DNA of 60,095 nt, counting the filler, from Basidiobolus meristosporus CBS 931.73 (Eukaryota > Fungi > Basidiobolomycota): NCBI GenBank assembly GCA_002104905.1. It is 3 parts of 3 records of this genome, joined end to end, with 100 filler letters (N's around TTAATTAATTAA, not from the genome) between each part and the next. Parts side by side here need not be neighbours in the genome. Positions count along the whole stretch, not along the records: positions 1 to 26,362 come from MCFE01000917.1; 2 more parts are not named here. One strand, given 5' to 3'. The notes below the pieces were generated by a model. The model was given only the letters and a program-made list of their open reading frames with translations, did no database searches and was not told the origin of the DNA. Position 1 is the stretch's first letter. Every line of letters begins with the position of its first letter. Below, piece by piece: positions 1-11,742 of this stretch. A program made the translations under genes and the position numbers.

Positions 1-943
1 ACTAAATATGACCACAAACAAGGATTCTCAGACATGGTATATTGACTCTGGAGCATCTCAACACTTTACACATCAAAAAGAACTTTTTACCCAATCTCAA
101 GAAATTCCAATTATGAAGGTTTTCATAGGTGACAATAGAACACTTGACTCAGTGGGAGAAGGAACTATCCAAGTAAACCTAAGAAGCAGTGAAGGAAGCC
201 ATACACTGACCTTTAAAGAAGTACTCTATGTACCAGAAATAGCCAAGAGCCTACTATCTGTAAGCAAGGCCACAGCAAAAGGACTCAGTTTCAGCTTTAA
301 CAATTCTGGATGCAAGATCACTGACCAAAATGGTGTTCATATTGCTTTGGGTATCAGAGATCAGAATCTATACAAGTTGACTTATATTCCATCATATCTA
401 GAAGTCAATAAAGGTAACTGAAATGAAGAAACACCAATACTGTGGCACAGGAGATTTGGGCACATCAATTTTGACTATTTGCACAAAATGAACTAAGGTC
501 AGCTGATATTTGGAGCAAAAAATGATCCCCCAGCTAATTTGGAGCACTGTGAAGCCTGCATATACAGGTAACAAGCCAGACAACTGTTCAAGAGTTCTGG
601 GTTGATCAAAACTAAGAAAAATTAGATCTAATTCACTCAGATCTGTGTGGACCTATGCAAAATTTATCCTTAGGTGGGATAAAGTATTTGATCACTTTTA
701 TTGTTGATTATACAAGATACACATGGGTCTACTTCATGGAGAGAAAGGAAGAAGCTCTGTGTAAGTTCAGGGAGCTCAAAGCCATGGTGGAGAGAGAAAC
801 TGGTGAAAAGTCAAGAAAATATGCTCTGACAATGGCGGAGAATATACCTCAAAACTCTTCATCCACTTCTGCAAAATTCATGGGACAAAGCAAGAGACTA
901 CTGTACCATACTCCCCACAACTAGATGCAGTAGCAGAACATGC
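1..943 (+). mobile_element. Degenerate Ty1/copia element 'D', 5' part (protease, GAG-pre-integrase, integrase N-terminus); continues at 13460
   Basis: WYIDSGASQH protease motif and HSDLCGP integrase motif with stops/frameshifts; reading frame AVAEHA|NISIIDMAR rejoins across the 944-13459 insertion. Confidence 0.92.
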
Positions 944-1290
944 TGTTGTAAGAGTCTTGGAGATATTGGCAGTGATTGTGTGAACAAGTAGATTACGTGG
1001 TTATGACTTAATGATTTGTTGAATGTAAAGTGGTATTTATACTTTTACCTGTTCTTGGCATTACAAACATGAAGATTAGGCTGAGGAAGGTCCCAAGAGC
1101 ATGTGTGCAGAGCTTGGGGCTGTTTGGACAACTTTGAGAATTTCATGTTCTGGGTACCTGATATTTTGGTGAAAATATTCCAAGTAAATCCCAACAAGGA
1201 ATTTGGTCAGTATTCTCTAGGATTTGAAGGTAATGATCTAAGCGATTAAGTTAGGTGAGTATATAGGTGGAAATACAAATTTTTACAACA
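944..1290 (-). repeat. 3' LTR of copia element C
   Basis: TGTTGTAAG...TTTACAACA; adjacent to PPT and RNase H stop. Confidence 0.93.
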
Positions 1291-3739
1291 CTCCCATTCA
1301 GCTAAATGTTCATACTGACTAGTCCTAATTTTGACCTAAGATATTCAAACTTTTCTCTAGCTAATGGTTTGGCAAATATGTCTGCAATCATTTCATCTCT
1401 AGGACAGTTAACTAAGCTAACTAAGCTATTCTCTATAGCTTCATATATGAAATGATGTCTAATATCTATGTGCTTGGTTCTAGCATGAAAAGTTGGATTT
1501 CTGCCTAATTGTACACATCCATGATTATCTTGAAATAAAGTAATAGGAGTTTTTTGACATAGGCCTAAATCTGTAAGAAGCTTTCTTAACCACATTGCTT
1601 CTTTTGTAGCTTCACAGGCTGCCATATACTCTGCCTCTGTAGTAGAAAGTGCTACGGTTGGTTGCTTTCTTGAGTTCCATGAAATTGCTGCTTTACAGTA
1701 AAGAAAGGTGTATCCTGTGGGGGATCTTCTGACTTCCAAATTTTGTCCCCAATAAGCATCAGAGTATCCCACAAGATCCTGTTCTGAATCCTTATAAGTG
1801 TATCTTAATCAGATATTAGCAGTTCCTTTTAGGTATCTAAGAATCTGCTTAACTGCTGCAATATGATCAGATCCAAAGTTCTGATTATGTTGGCTGACAA
1901 CTCCCAGTGAGTATGCAATGTTTGGACATGTTCCAAGCATGATATACATCAGTCTGCCACTATAGATTGATAAGGAAAGTCAGGGATTTCTGATGGCACC
2001 AAGCACTCTTGATTTGGTTGAGTTTTGCCAAAGCTAAGGTTTGTCTCCATTGGAGTAGCTGCCTGTTTACAGTCTTCCATTCAATACTTCGTTAGTATAT
2101 CTTGAATATACTTGGATTGGCTTAGGGTAATAGTCTGGGTACCTCTGCCTATAGAGAACCTGATCCCTAAGTAGTAACTAAGCTTCCTAGATTGGACATA
2201 TTGAACTCCTTAGAAAGGCTGGATTTAGTCACTTCCAATGTTTCTAGATTATTGGCAGCTATAATAAGATCATCCATATATAGAGCTAATAGAACTGGAT
2301 TTGCTCTATCTGGCTTATAGTATACACTATTGTCAGCATTACTCCTTTTGAAACTCAAAGATTCCAAATAAGAGTCTATCTTGCAATTGCAGGCTCTTGG
2401 TGATTGTTTGAGACCATATAGTGACTTTTTAAGCTTGCAGACCAAATGGGGGTTATCTTGGTCAGCAAACCCATCAGGCTGGTTCATGTACACCTCCTGA
2501 TCAAGTTCCCAATTCAACAATGCTGTTTTTACATCCATTTGATGAATAAAATACCTATATTTGGCTGCAATAGCCAATATTAGTCTGATGGAATTAAACT
2601 TGGCTACCGGTGCAAAGGTCTCAGTCTAATCAAGTTCTTTTGTTTGAGAGTATCCTTTGGCCACAAGTCTTGCTTTGTATCTTTCAATTGTACCATCAGC
2701 CTTGTATTTTGACTTGAAGACCCATCTGCATCCAATTGATTTTTGTTTGATTGGCAATTTGACCCAGTCCCAAGTTAGATTTTCCATCAGGGCCTGATAT
2801 TCCACAGTCATTGCAGATCTCCAGAACTTTGTCTGAAAGCTATTTAGGGATCTTTTACAGTCTGGGGCTCATCAATATGGACTGAATAGGCAAAGGCTAA
2901 GTTTGTGCCCTCATTGATATAGTAGTTTAGGCTATTTCTTGTTGAATTGGATCTTCAGGCATTCAATACTGTAATGCTCACTTCTGGGATATTTCTGAGC
3001 ACTGATTCAGGATGATCCATGGTTGAAGAGTCCTCTGGAGTGAGAAGATTTTCATTGTTTTCCTATGATTCAATCCTGACAATTGGTGGCCTTAAGATCA
3101 GATTTTTGTCATCATCTGATGACATTTTTTGTGAAAATTTTGAATTTTCATAAAACAACACATCCCTGGACCTGATTAGCTTCTTTGATTTGGTATTGCA
3201 GAGTCTGTATGCTTGACTCTCATTGCAGTAGCCCAAAAATATGCATTTTACACTTTTTGGCTCAAATTTTGACTGATTTCCGGGCAGTCTCAAGGCATAT
3301 GCTGTACACCCAAATATTCCTATATGTTCTGCATTTGGTCTGTATCCATACCATGCTTCAAACGGAGTAGAATCACTAAGTATTTTGCTATAACTCCTAT
3401 TTCTAAGATATACAGCAGTGGCAACTGATTCCACCCTAAAATTATAGGATAATTTTTGATCATGGATCATAGATCTTACCATATCAATTATTGATCTGTT
3501 AGCACATTCTGCTACTCCATTTTGCTGGGGGAGTATGGTACAGTAGTCTCTTGCTTTATCCCATGAATTTTGCAGAAGTGGATGAAGAGTTTTGAGGTAT
3601 ATTCTCCACCATTGTCAGAGCATATTTTCTTGATTTTTTCACCAGTTTCTCTCTCCACCACGGCTTTGAGCTCCTGGAGCTTATACAGAGCTTCTTCCTT
3701 TCTCTCCATGCAGTAGACCCACGTGTATCTTGTATAATC

Positions 3740-4089
3740 TGTTGTAAGAGTCTTGGAGATATTGGAAGTGATTTGGAGAACAAGTAGATTATGTGGTTTT
3801 CACTTAATGATTTATTGAATGTAAAAGTAGTATTTATACTTTTACATGGTCTTGGCATTACAAACACGTAGAATAGGTTAAGGAAGGTCCCAAGAACATG
3901 TGTGCAAAGTTTGGGGCTGTTTGGACAACTTTGAGAATTTTCATGTTCTGGGTACCTGGTATTTTGGTGAAAATATTCTAAGTAAGTCCCGACAAGGAAT
4001 TTGGTCAGTATTCTCTAGGATTTGAAGGTGATGATCTAAGTGACTAAGTTAGGTGAATATTTAGGTGGAAAATACGAATTTTTACAACA
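3740..4089 (-). repeat. 3' LTR of element A
   Basis: 350 bp; follows PPT (4090-4100); contains GTATAAATA TATA-like motif and AATAAA in element sense. Confidence 0.97.
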
Positions 4090-4100
4090 CTCCCACTCAG

Positions 4101-7100
4101 CTAAATGTTCATACTGACTAGTCCTAATTTTGACCTAAGATATTCAAACTTGTCACTAGCTAATGGTTTGGTAAATATGTCTGCAATCATTTCATCTGTA
4201 GGACAGTAAACTAAGCTAACTAAGTTATTCTCTATAGCTTCACGTATGAAATGATGTCTAATATCTATGTGCTTGGTTCTAGCATGAAAAGTTGGATTTC
4301 TACCTAATTGTATACATCCTTGATTATCTTGAAATAAAGTAATAGGCGTTTTTTGACATAGGCCTAAATCTGTAAAGAGCTTTCTTAACCACATTGCTTC
4401 TTTTGTAGCTTCACAGGCTGCCATATACTCTGCCTCTGTAGTAGAAAGTGCTACGGTTGGTTGCTTTCTTGAGTTCCATGAAATGGCTCCTTTACAGTAA
4501 AGAAAGGTATATCCTGTGGTGGATCTTCTGTCTTCTAAATTTCGTCCCCAATCAGCATCAGAGTATCCCACAAGATCCTGTTCTGAATCCTTATAAGTGT
4601 ATCTTAAGCAGATATCAGCAGTTCCTTTTAGGTATCTAAAAATCCGCTTAACTGCTGCAATATGATCAGATCCATAATTCTGATTATGTTGGCTGACAAC
4701 TCCCACTGAATATGAGATATCTGGACGTGTTCCAAGCATGATATACATCAGACTGCCGACCATAGATTGATAAGGAAAGTCAGGGCTTTCAGATGGCACC
4801 AAGCTCTCTTGATTTGGTTGAGTTTTGACCAAGTTAAGGTTTGTCTCCATTGGGGTAGCTGCCGGTTTGCAGTCTTCCATTTTGTACTTCTTTAGTATAT
4901 CTTGAATATACTTGGATTGGCTTAGGGTAATAGTCTGGGTACTTCTGTCTATGGAGAACTTAATCCCTAAGTAGTAACTAAGTTCTCCTAGATCGGACAT
5001 CTTGAACTCCTTAGATAGGCTGGATTTAGTCTCTTCCAATGTTTCTAGGTTATTGGCGGCTATAATAAGATCATCCACATATAGAGCTAATAGAACTGGA
5101 TTTGCTCTATCTGGCTTATAGTATATACTATAGTCAGCATTACTCCTTTTGAAACTCAAAGATTCCAAATAAGAATCTATCTTGCAATTCCAGGCTCTTG
5201 GTGATTGTTTGAGACCATATAGTGACTTTTTAAGCTTGCAGACCAAATGGGGGTTATCTTGGTCAACAAACCCATCAGGCTGGTCCATATACACGTCCTC
5301 ATCAAGTTCTCCATTCAAAAATGCAGTTTTTACATCCATTTGATGAATAAAAAACTTATATTTGGCTGCAATAGCCAATATTAATCTGATGGAATTAAAC
5401 TTGGCTACCGGTGCAAAGGTCTCAGTATAGTCAAGTCCTTTTGTTTGAGAGTATCCTTTGGCTACAAGTCTTGCTTTGTATCTTTCAATTGTACCATCAG
5501 CCTTGTATTTTGTCTTGAAGACCCATCTGCATCCAATTGATTTTCGGTTGATTGGTAATTTGACTAAGTCCCAAGTTTGATTTTCCATCAGTGCCTGATA
5601 TTCCTCAGTCATTGCAGATCTCCAAAACTTCGTCTGAGGACTATTTAGGGCCTCTTTTACAGTCTGGGATTCATCAACATGGACTGAATAGGCATAGGCT
5701 AAGTTTGTACCCTCATTGATATAGTAATTTGGGCTATTTCTTGTCCGATTGGATCTCCGGGCATTTGATACTGGAATGATCACTTCTGGGATATTCCTGG
5801 GCACTGATTCTGGCTGAACCACGGTTGTAGAGTCCTCTGGAGTGAAAAAATTTTCATTGTTTTGCTCTGATTCAATCCTGACAATTGGTGGACTTGAGAT
5901 CAAATTTTCGTCATCATCTGATGTCATTTTTTGTGAAAATTTTGAATTTTCATCAAACAACACATCCCTGGACTTGATCAGCTTCTTTGCTTCGGTATTG
6001 TAGAGTCTGTATGCCTTACTCTCATTGCAGTAGCCCAAAAATATGCATTTTACACTTTTTGGCTCAAATTTTGACTGATTTCCGGCCAGTTTTTTGGCAT
6101 ATGCTGTACATCCAAATATTCTTAGATGTTCTGCACTTGGTCTGTATCCATACCATGCTTCAAATGGAGTAGAATCACGAAGTATTCTGTTATAACTCCT
6201 ATTTTTAAGATATACAGCAGTGGCAACTGATTCCGCCCAAAAATCATAGGATAATTTTTGATCATGGATCATAGATCTTGCCATATCAATTATTGATCTG
6301 TTAGCTCGTTCTGCTACTCCATTTTGCTGTGGGGAGTATGGTACAGTAGTCTCTTGCTTTATCCCATGAATTTTGCAGAAGTGGATGAAGAGTTTTGAGG
6401 TATATTCTCCACCATTGTCAGAGCGTATTTTCTTGATTTTTTCACCAGTTTCTCTCTCCACCATGGCTTTGAACTCCCTGAGCTTAGACAGAGCTTCTTC
6501 CTTTCTCTCCATGAAGTAGACCCATGTGTATCTTGTATAATCATCAATAAAAGTGATTAAATACTTCATCCCGCCTAAGGATAAATTTTGCATAGGTCCA
6601 CACAGATCTGAGTGAATTAGATCTAATTTTTTCTTAGTTTTGATTAACCCAGAGCTCTTGAACGGTTGTCTGGCTTGTTTCCCATATATGCAGGCTTCAC
6701 AGTGCTCCAAAATAGCTGGGGGATCAATTTTCACTCCAGAAATTAGCTGATCTTTGATCATTTTACGCAAATAATCAAAATTGATGTGTCCAAATCTCCT
6801 GTGCCAAAGCATTGGTGTTTCTTCATTTAAGTTACTTATATTGGCTTCCAGATATGATGGAATATAAGTCAACTTGTATAGGTTCTGATCTCTGATGCCC
6901 GAAGCAATATGGGCACCATTTTGATCAGTGATCCTGCATCCAGAATTGTCAAAACTGAAACTGAGTCCTTCTGCTGTGGCCTTGCTTACAGAGAGTAGGT
7001 TCTTGGCTATTTCTGGTACATAGAGTACTTCTTTAAAGGTCAGTGTATGGCTTCCTTCACTGCTTCTAAGGTTTACTTGGATAGTTCCTTCTCCCACTGC

Positions 7101-7837
7101 ATCAAGTGTTCTATCGTCACCCATGAAAACCTTCTTAATTGGAATTTCTTGATATTGGGTAAAAAGTTCTTTTTGGTGTGTAAAGTGTTGAGAAGCTCCA
7201 GAGTCAATATACCACGTCTGAGAATCCTTGTTTGTGGTCATATTTAGTGCAGATATGAATAGTCTATCTTCAGTTGTTACAGCATTTCCATATTCAGGCT
7301 TCTTTTGCTGATAATCTCTCTTTTTGAAACATCGGTCTGATGTGTGTCCTTTCCTTTTGCAGTAGTTGCAAAATAGGTTGCTGTTGCCTTTGTAGGGTCT
7401 TGGGTACCTCCTTTGTTGGTTATCATTGCTTATTAAAGCATTTTCTTCTTCCTTCTTATTGGCGCTTGATTTTCTTAATTCTTCATCCAGGAGCCTTCCA
7501 TATACGTAATTTAAGGTCAAATCTTCAGTTCTGGACTCTAGGGCTGATACAAGGCCCTGAAACTCGTCTGTCAGGCTATTCAGGATGGTAACTATCACAT
7601 CCTCATCAGTAGTTGGTACGCCCACAGATTCCATCTCATCTACCAGCAGGGTAATTCTGTTAATTAGATTTTTCATTTCTTCTCCTGGCAGCATCTTTGT
7701 AGTAAAGAATTTTCTTCTCAGATACATTTTCTTGGCAGCTGAACATGACTGGTAGGTGTCTTCTAATGCTTTCCAGGCATTCTTTGCCGTTTTTGCTCTT
7801 GAGCATTGAATTAGCAATTTGTCCTTGACATTAAGGC
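4101..7837 (-). CDS. Copia gag-pol polyprotein of element A (gag C-part with CCHC knuckle, protease, integrase, RT, RNase H); first 78 codons lie at 11154-11388 beyond insertion B
   Basis: Stop-free ORF with CNYCKRKGHTSDRC, IDSGAS, HRRFGH...CEAC, DLCGP...DNGGEY...E, YVDD, YSDADW; INT-RT-RH order is copia type; removing B and one TSD gives 3972 nt = 1323 aa plus stop from the ATG at 11388. Confidence 0.96.
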
Positions 7838-7842
7838 AAATG

Positions 7843-10800
7843 TGTTGTAATTATTGAATTGTCACCTAAATATTCATGCTAACTTAGTCACATAGATCTT
7901 ATTCTGTGATTAGCATTCTGTCCTGACTAGATTTCTTGTCGGGATTTACTTAGAATATTTTCACCAAATTGTCAGGTACCCAGATTATTATTTTTCTCAA
8001 AGTCGTCCAAAAGACCCCAAACTTTGCACACATATTCTTGGGACCTTCCTTAACAAACTCTACACGTTTGTTTCCTCTACTTTATCAAAAGTATAAATAC
8101 CATACTTTTGATCAATAAATCTACAAGTGAATAACATGTAAATCCTCTAGTTCTCCACATCACTTCCAATACTCCTCAGAATATTGCAACAGGTTATGAG
8201 CCCCGAGCTTGCTGTCCTCTTGGTGTCTACTATGCTTTGGATCCTTTTCTGCTAGTCTGGAGAAAGACTTTCCGCACTATTGCTCCGCTAAGGTTAAAGA
8301 AGACTACCGCTGCTAAAGGACTATGTTTATGAGGATATTGCTGTGGAGAAGAAGGCCTTGCCTTCAAAAGATGCCTTCAGTAACTATCCAAGTTAGTTAT
8401 GAAGAAGAGTCAATCAAACTGGCATGTAATTGTGTCAAGAAATATAGTATGTTGGTGCTCTACCACTACTGAAGAAAATTGCGTAATTCCAGCAATTGAG
8501 GGTCCAGATCTACAATGAAATATACTGCAATATGTATTCATATGACCCCAATTGACTGTTAGACGAGCTCTTGGATAGGATATTATCCTGAATTGCAAAA
8601 AAAAAAATAGATCATTATTAAATGATTGCCGGAGGAGGATTTTACCAAAAATCTGTTGCCACTCAAAATACAGCTGAAAATGCAAATACTGGAGCTGTTA
8701 GCCGCCATTCTGGACTATCTACTGATGGAAAAAGATCTCAGAAACAAGCTTCCTGAATTGTAAGGATCCCAATGATATATAATACATATATATCCACCTG
8801 GAGTATGGATATGTACTACACAATCCATTAGAAGAATGCTATAATTGTATCAAGTGTTTTGATACTGAAACCAGTGTACCAGGAGCTAAATATGGAGCTG
8901 TTAGACGTGCTATCACTCTGTTTAAGTCTCAAAACAGTGGGAGAAAGTATTATACAAATTTAGCAAAATCAACTCATGAAGATTCTACCGCCAGCCAAAG
9001 GAGTGAAGCATATAATTGCAAGCCTGATTGGAGTATACAACCAAGCAACAGTTGGTCAGTACACAGCTAAGAGCCACTCAGAAGATAACATAGTACTTTA
9101 TACTTGTTATATATATATCACTTATTACAGTGGGAGAAAACACTTGGTGATATTTAACCTCTCTGGATCAGATCAGAAGAATTTTGATTGATCAAGTCAC
9201 CGCCAAGTTCTGCAACTCAAAATACTGATATATTGGAGTCTGATACCGAAGTATTGATGAAGCTAGCTATCAAATGCAGTTTATTTGATCAAATTTGGTC
9301 AACTCTATCAAAAGTTATGAATGATCTAAGTGGATGCCGATTTTGATTATTTCACTCTCAAATAGTCAGATATTCTGGAACAATGATGTCATGGAGACTC
9401 TTGTGCTCAAAAACACCGTGGTCCCACCTGCAAGGAAGTCTAGAACCACCCCACAAAAGGAATTATCCCTGGGTCATCAGCAGAAAAAGAAAAGAAGAAA
9501 AAATGGAAAATACTACTACCGCAAACTAGGGTACTTCCCAAATGGTGCCAAAACTTATGTAGGCCATATTTGGACTATCTGGCAATGCAGATATGTTCTA
9601 TGGAGCCTCTTGTACGAAGTTCTCAAGCTAGAAACCCCAGAAGAGCCTTGAAACTTCAACAGGATCTGTTAGATATTGTAGTATATATTGGAACAGATTA
9701 TTTAGTGCAGAAGTCTTGATGTCTGCTGTCTATGGAGCTGAAAGAAAAAGGTGCAAGGATCAACCAGATGGTTTTTATGGATTCTGAAGACACTGAGAAG
9801 ATCAGTTAGCCTTGGAAACCGAGCTCAAGGTTGAAAATAACTATCAGGAGAATAAGGATAATCAAAGCCCTTGTTAAGGAGAATCTCACTTCTGGAAAAG
9901 CGCCAATCTCTATTCTACAAGTATATTCTGATAAGACAAAAGCAGCTGTATCAATCCAAATCAGTAGAAGCACTCTAAGAATAGCTACCAAACAACCCAT
10001 GGTGTTGTCCAATACCAAACTGGGTAAATCAAGAAGCAAATGGACTTTGAATCTACCGCATATGAAGTAATCAGTCCAAAGAAAGTTATTGCTATTTAAA
10101 GAAGACAAAGATGACCATTCTAGATCATATTTGTGGATCTGAATCACTAAACAGACGTGGTTCAAGTGGGAGCAGGCCATCCCAGCTCAGAGTTGAGCAA
10201 AAACCTTCTTTTTTTGGCCATGTTATATGTGCCACAGTGCCAGGAAACAAGGATAATCCGGATCAGGCGTAAATGACAAAACCTTAACTTGACCCAAAGT
10301 AGGTCACTATTTTTTACCTCATATAGCATCTATATGATGGAAGTAACTGTCCCTGAGCCTAATATGGACACACAGTGAAGTTGTCTAAATGGATTAGACT
10401 GTTGGCCGGAAATAAGGAAACTCCAGATCTGCCGTAAATGACAAAACCTTAACTTGACCAAAAGTGGGTCAATTTTGCTCAAATAAGAAGCATTGGATAG
10501 CCCAGAGGCTATATATCATTATTACGATCTGTCAATTAGACTCAGCTTATTATTCAAGCCCGTACAACTGATCAAAGTTGATGATTAGTATTATGATCAG
10601 ATCATTCAGATTTTTAGGCATATTACTAAGTAGATATGCATACTGAATTCCAAGTTACTTGTTCTATTAAGTTGAACACAAATGCATACACCTTTGGATA
10701 ATATATTAGTCCAGTATGCAAAACAGTTAAATCTTATACGCTTATTACAGATTGCACACTCACAATATGTATTTATTACTCATGAATATTTTGTTGAGTG

Positions 10801-11153
10801 GGAGTGTTGTAATTATTGAATTGTCACCTAAATATTCATGCTAACTTAGTCACATAGATCTTATTCTGTGATTAGCATTCTGTCCTGACTAGATTTCTTG
10901 TCGGGATTTACTTAGAATATTTTCACCAAATTGTCAGGTACCCAGATTATTATTTTTCTCAAAGTCGTCCAAAAGACCCCAAACTTTGCACACATATTCT
11001 TGGGACCTTCCTTAACAAACTCTACACGTTTGTTTCCTCTACTTTATCAAAAGTATAAATACCATACTTTTGATCAATAAATCTACAAGTGAATAACATG
11101 TAAATCCTCTAGTTCTCCACATCACTTCCAATACTCCTCAGAATATTGCAACA
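7843..11153 (+). mobile_element. Non-autonomous LTR element 'B' (3311 bp) inserted antisense into gag of A
   Basis: 349-bp LTRs at 7843-8191 and 10805-11153 with no visible mismatch; TSD AAATG at 7838-7842 and 11154-11158; PBS GGTTATGAGCCC 8192-8203; PPT TTGAGTGGGAG 10794-10804; no ORF above about 125 aa. Confidence 0.96.
8192..8203 (+). promoter_or_regulatory. Primer-binding site of element B (internal tRNA-iMet, half-tRNA type)
   Basis: GGTTATGAGCCC directly after the LTR CA end; complementary to the GGGCUCAUAACC anticodon arm of fungal tRNA-iMet, as in Ty5. Confidence 0.85.
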
Positions 11154-11380
11154 AAATGCAGTTAAAGGCACTTTGTTCTTTCTTCTGGTACTTCAAGGCT
11201 TCCTCTCCCACGTTTTTAGGAGGGCATTCTTCTCCCATGACAATATCCCAAAGGCCTCTTTCTTGTAGCAGCATCTTCATCTTCACCTTCCACACTTGGT
11301 AGTTAGATCCATCCAACTTTTCAGCAGAGGGAAAAATTCCAGTAATAGCAGTAGTAGACATTGCAGAGAGTGACAGCTTG

Positions 11381-11392
11381 GGGCTCATAACC
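11381..11392 (-). promoter_or_regulatory. Primer-binding site of element A, overlapping the gag ATG
   Basis: GGTT-ATG-AGC-CC immediately after the 5' LTR; ATG opens MSPKLSLSAMST... Confidence 0.87.
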
Positions 11393-11742
11393 TGTTGTAA
11401 GAGTCTTGGAGATATTGGAAGTGATTTGGAGAACAAGTAGATTATGTGGTTTTCACTTAATGATTTATTGAATGTAAAAGTAGTATTTATACTTTTACAT
11501 GGTCTTGGCATTACAAACACGTAGAATAGGTTAAGGAAGGTCCCAAGAACATGTGTGCAAAGTTTGGGGCTGTTTGGACAACTTTGAGAATTTTCATGTT
11601 CTGGGTACCTGGTATTTTGGTGAAAATATTCTAAGTAAATCCCGACAAGGAATTTGGTCAGTATTCTCTAGGATTTGAAGGTGATGATCTAAGTGACTAA
11701 GTTAGGTGAATATTTAGGTGGAAAATACGAATTTTTACAACA
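11393..11742 (-). repeat. 5' LTR of element A
   Basis: 350 bp, near-identical to 3740-4089. Confidence 0.97.

Larger units (their letters stand above)
3740..11742 (-). mobile_element. Young copia element 'A' (LTRs 3740-4089 and 11393-11742) inserted into the integrase of C
   Basis: Two 350-bp LTRs with one visible mismatch (AAGTCCC vs AAATCCC); 8-bp terminal inverted repeat TGTTGTAA/TTACAACA; TSD TAATC at 3735-3739 and 11743-11747; PPT CTGAGTGGGAG; PBS GGTTATGAGCCC. Confidence 0.97.

Noticed and set aside
5987-6172. Recurrent antisense ORFs (also 3185, 7047, 7340, 12081, 57151, 58690, 59750)
   Set aside because: Shadows of the copia pol frame repeated in each copy; no independent coding signal
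9474-9480. CTGATGA on the minus strand of element B (hammerhead ribozyme or retrozyme?)
   Set aside because: No stem II followed by GAAA and no cleavage-site helix could be built by eye; an Infernal search would settle it
9334-10180. ORFs inside element B as captured host cargo
   Set aside because: Short, unrecognisable and overlapping faint frameshifted RT remnants; better explained as decayed pol
11389-11520. 44-codon in-frame extension of gag from inside the LTR (MFVMPRPCKS...)
   Set aside because: It begins upstream of the TATA-like motif, so it is unlikely to be in the transcript; it recurs only because the LTR is repeated
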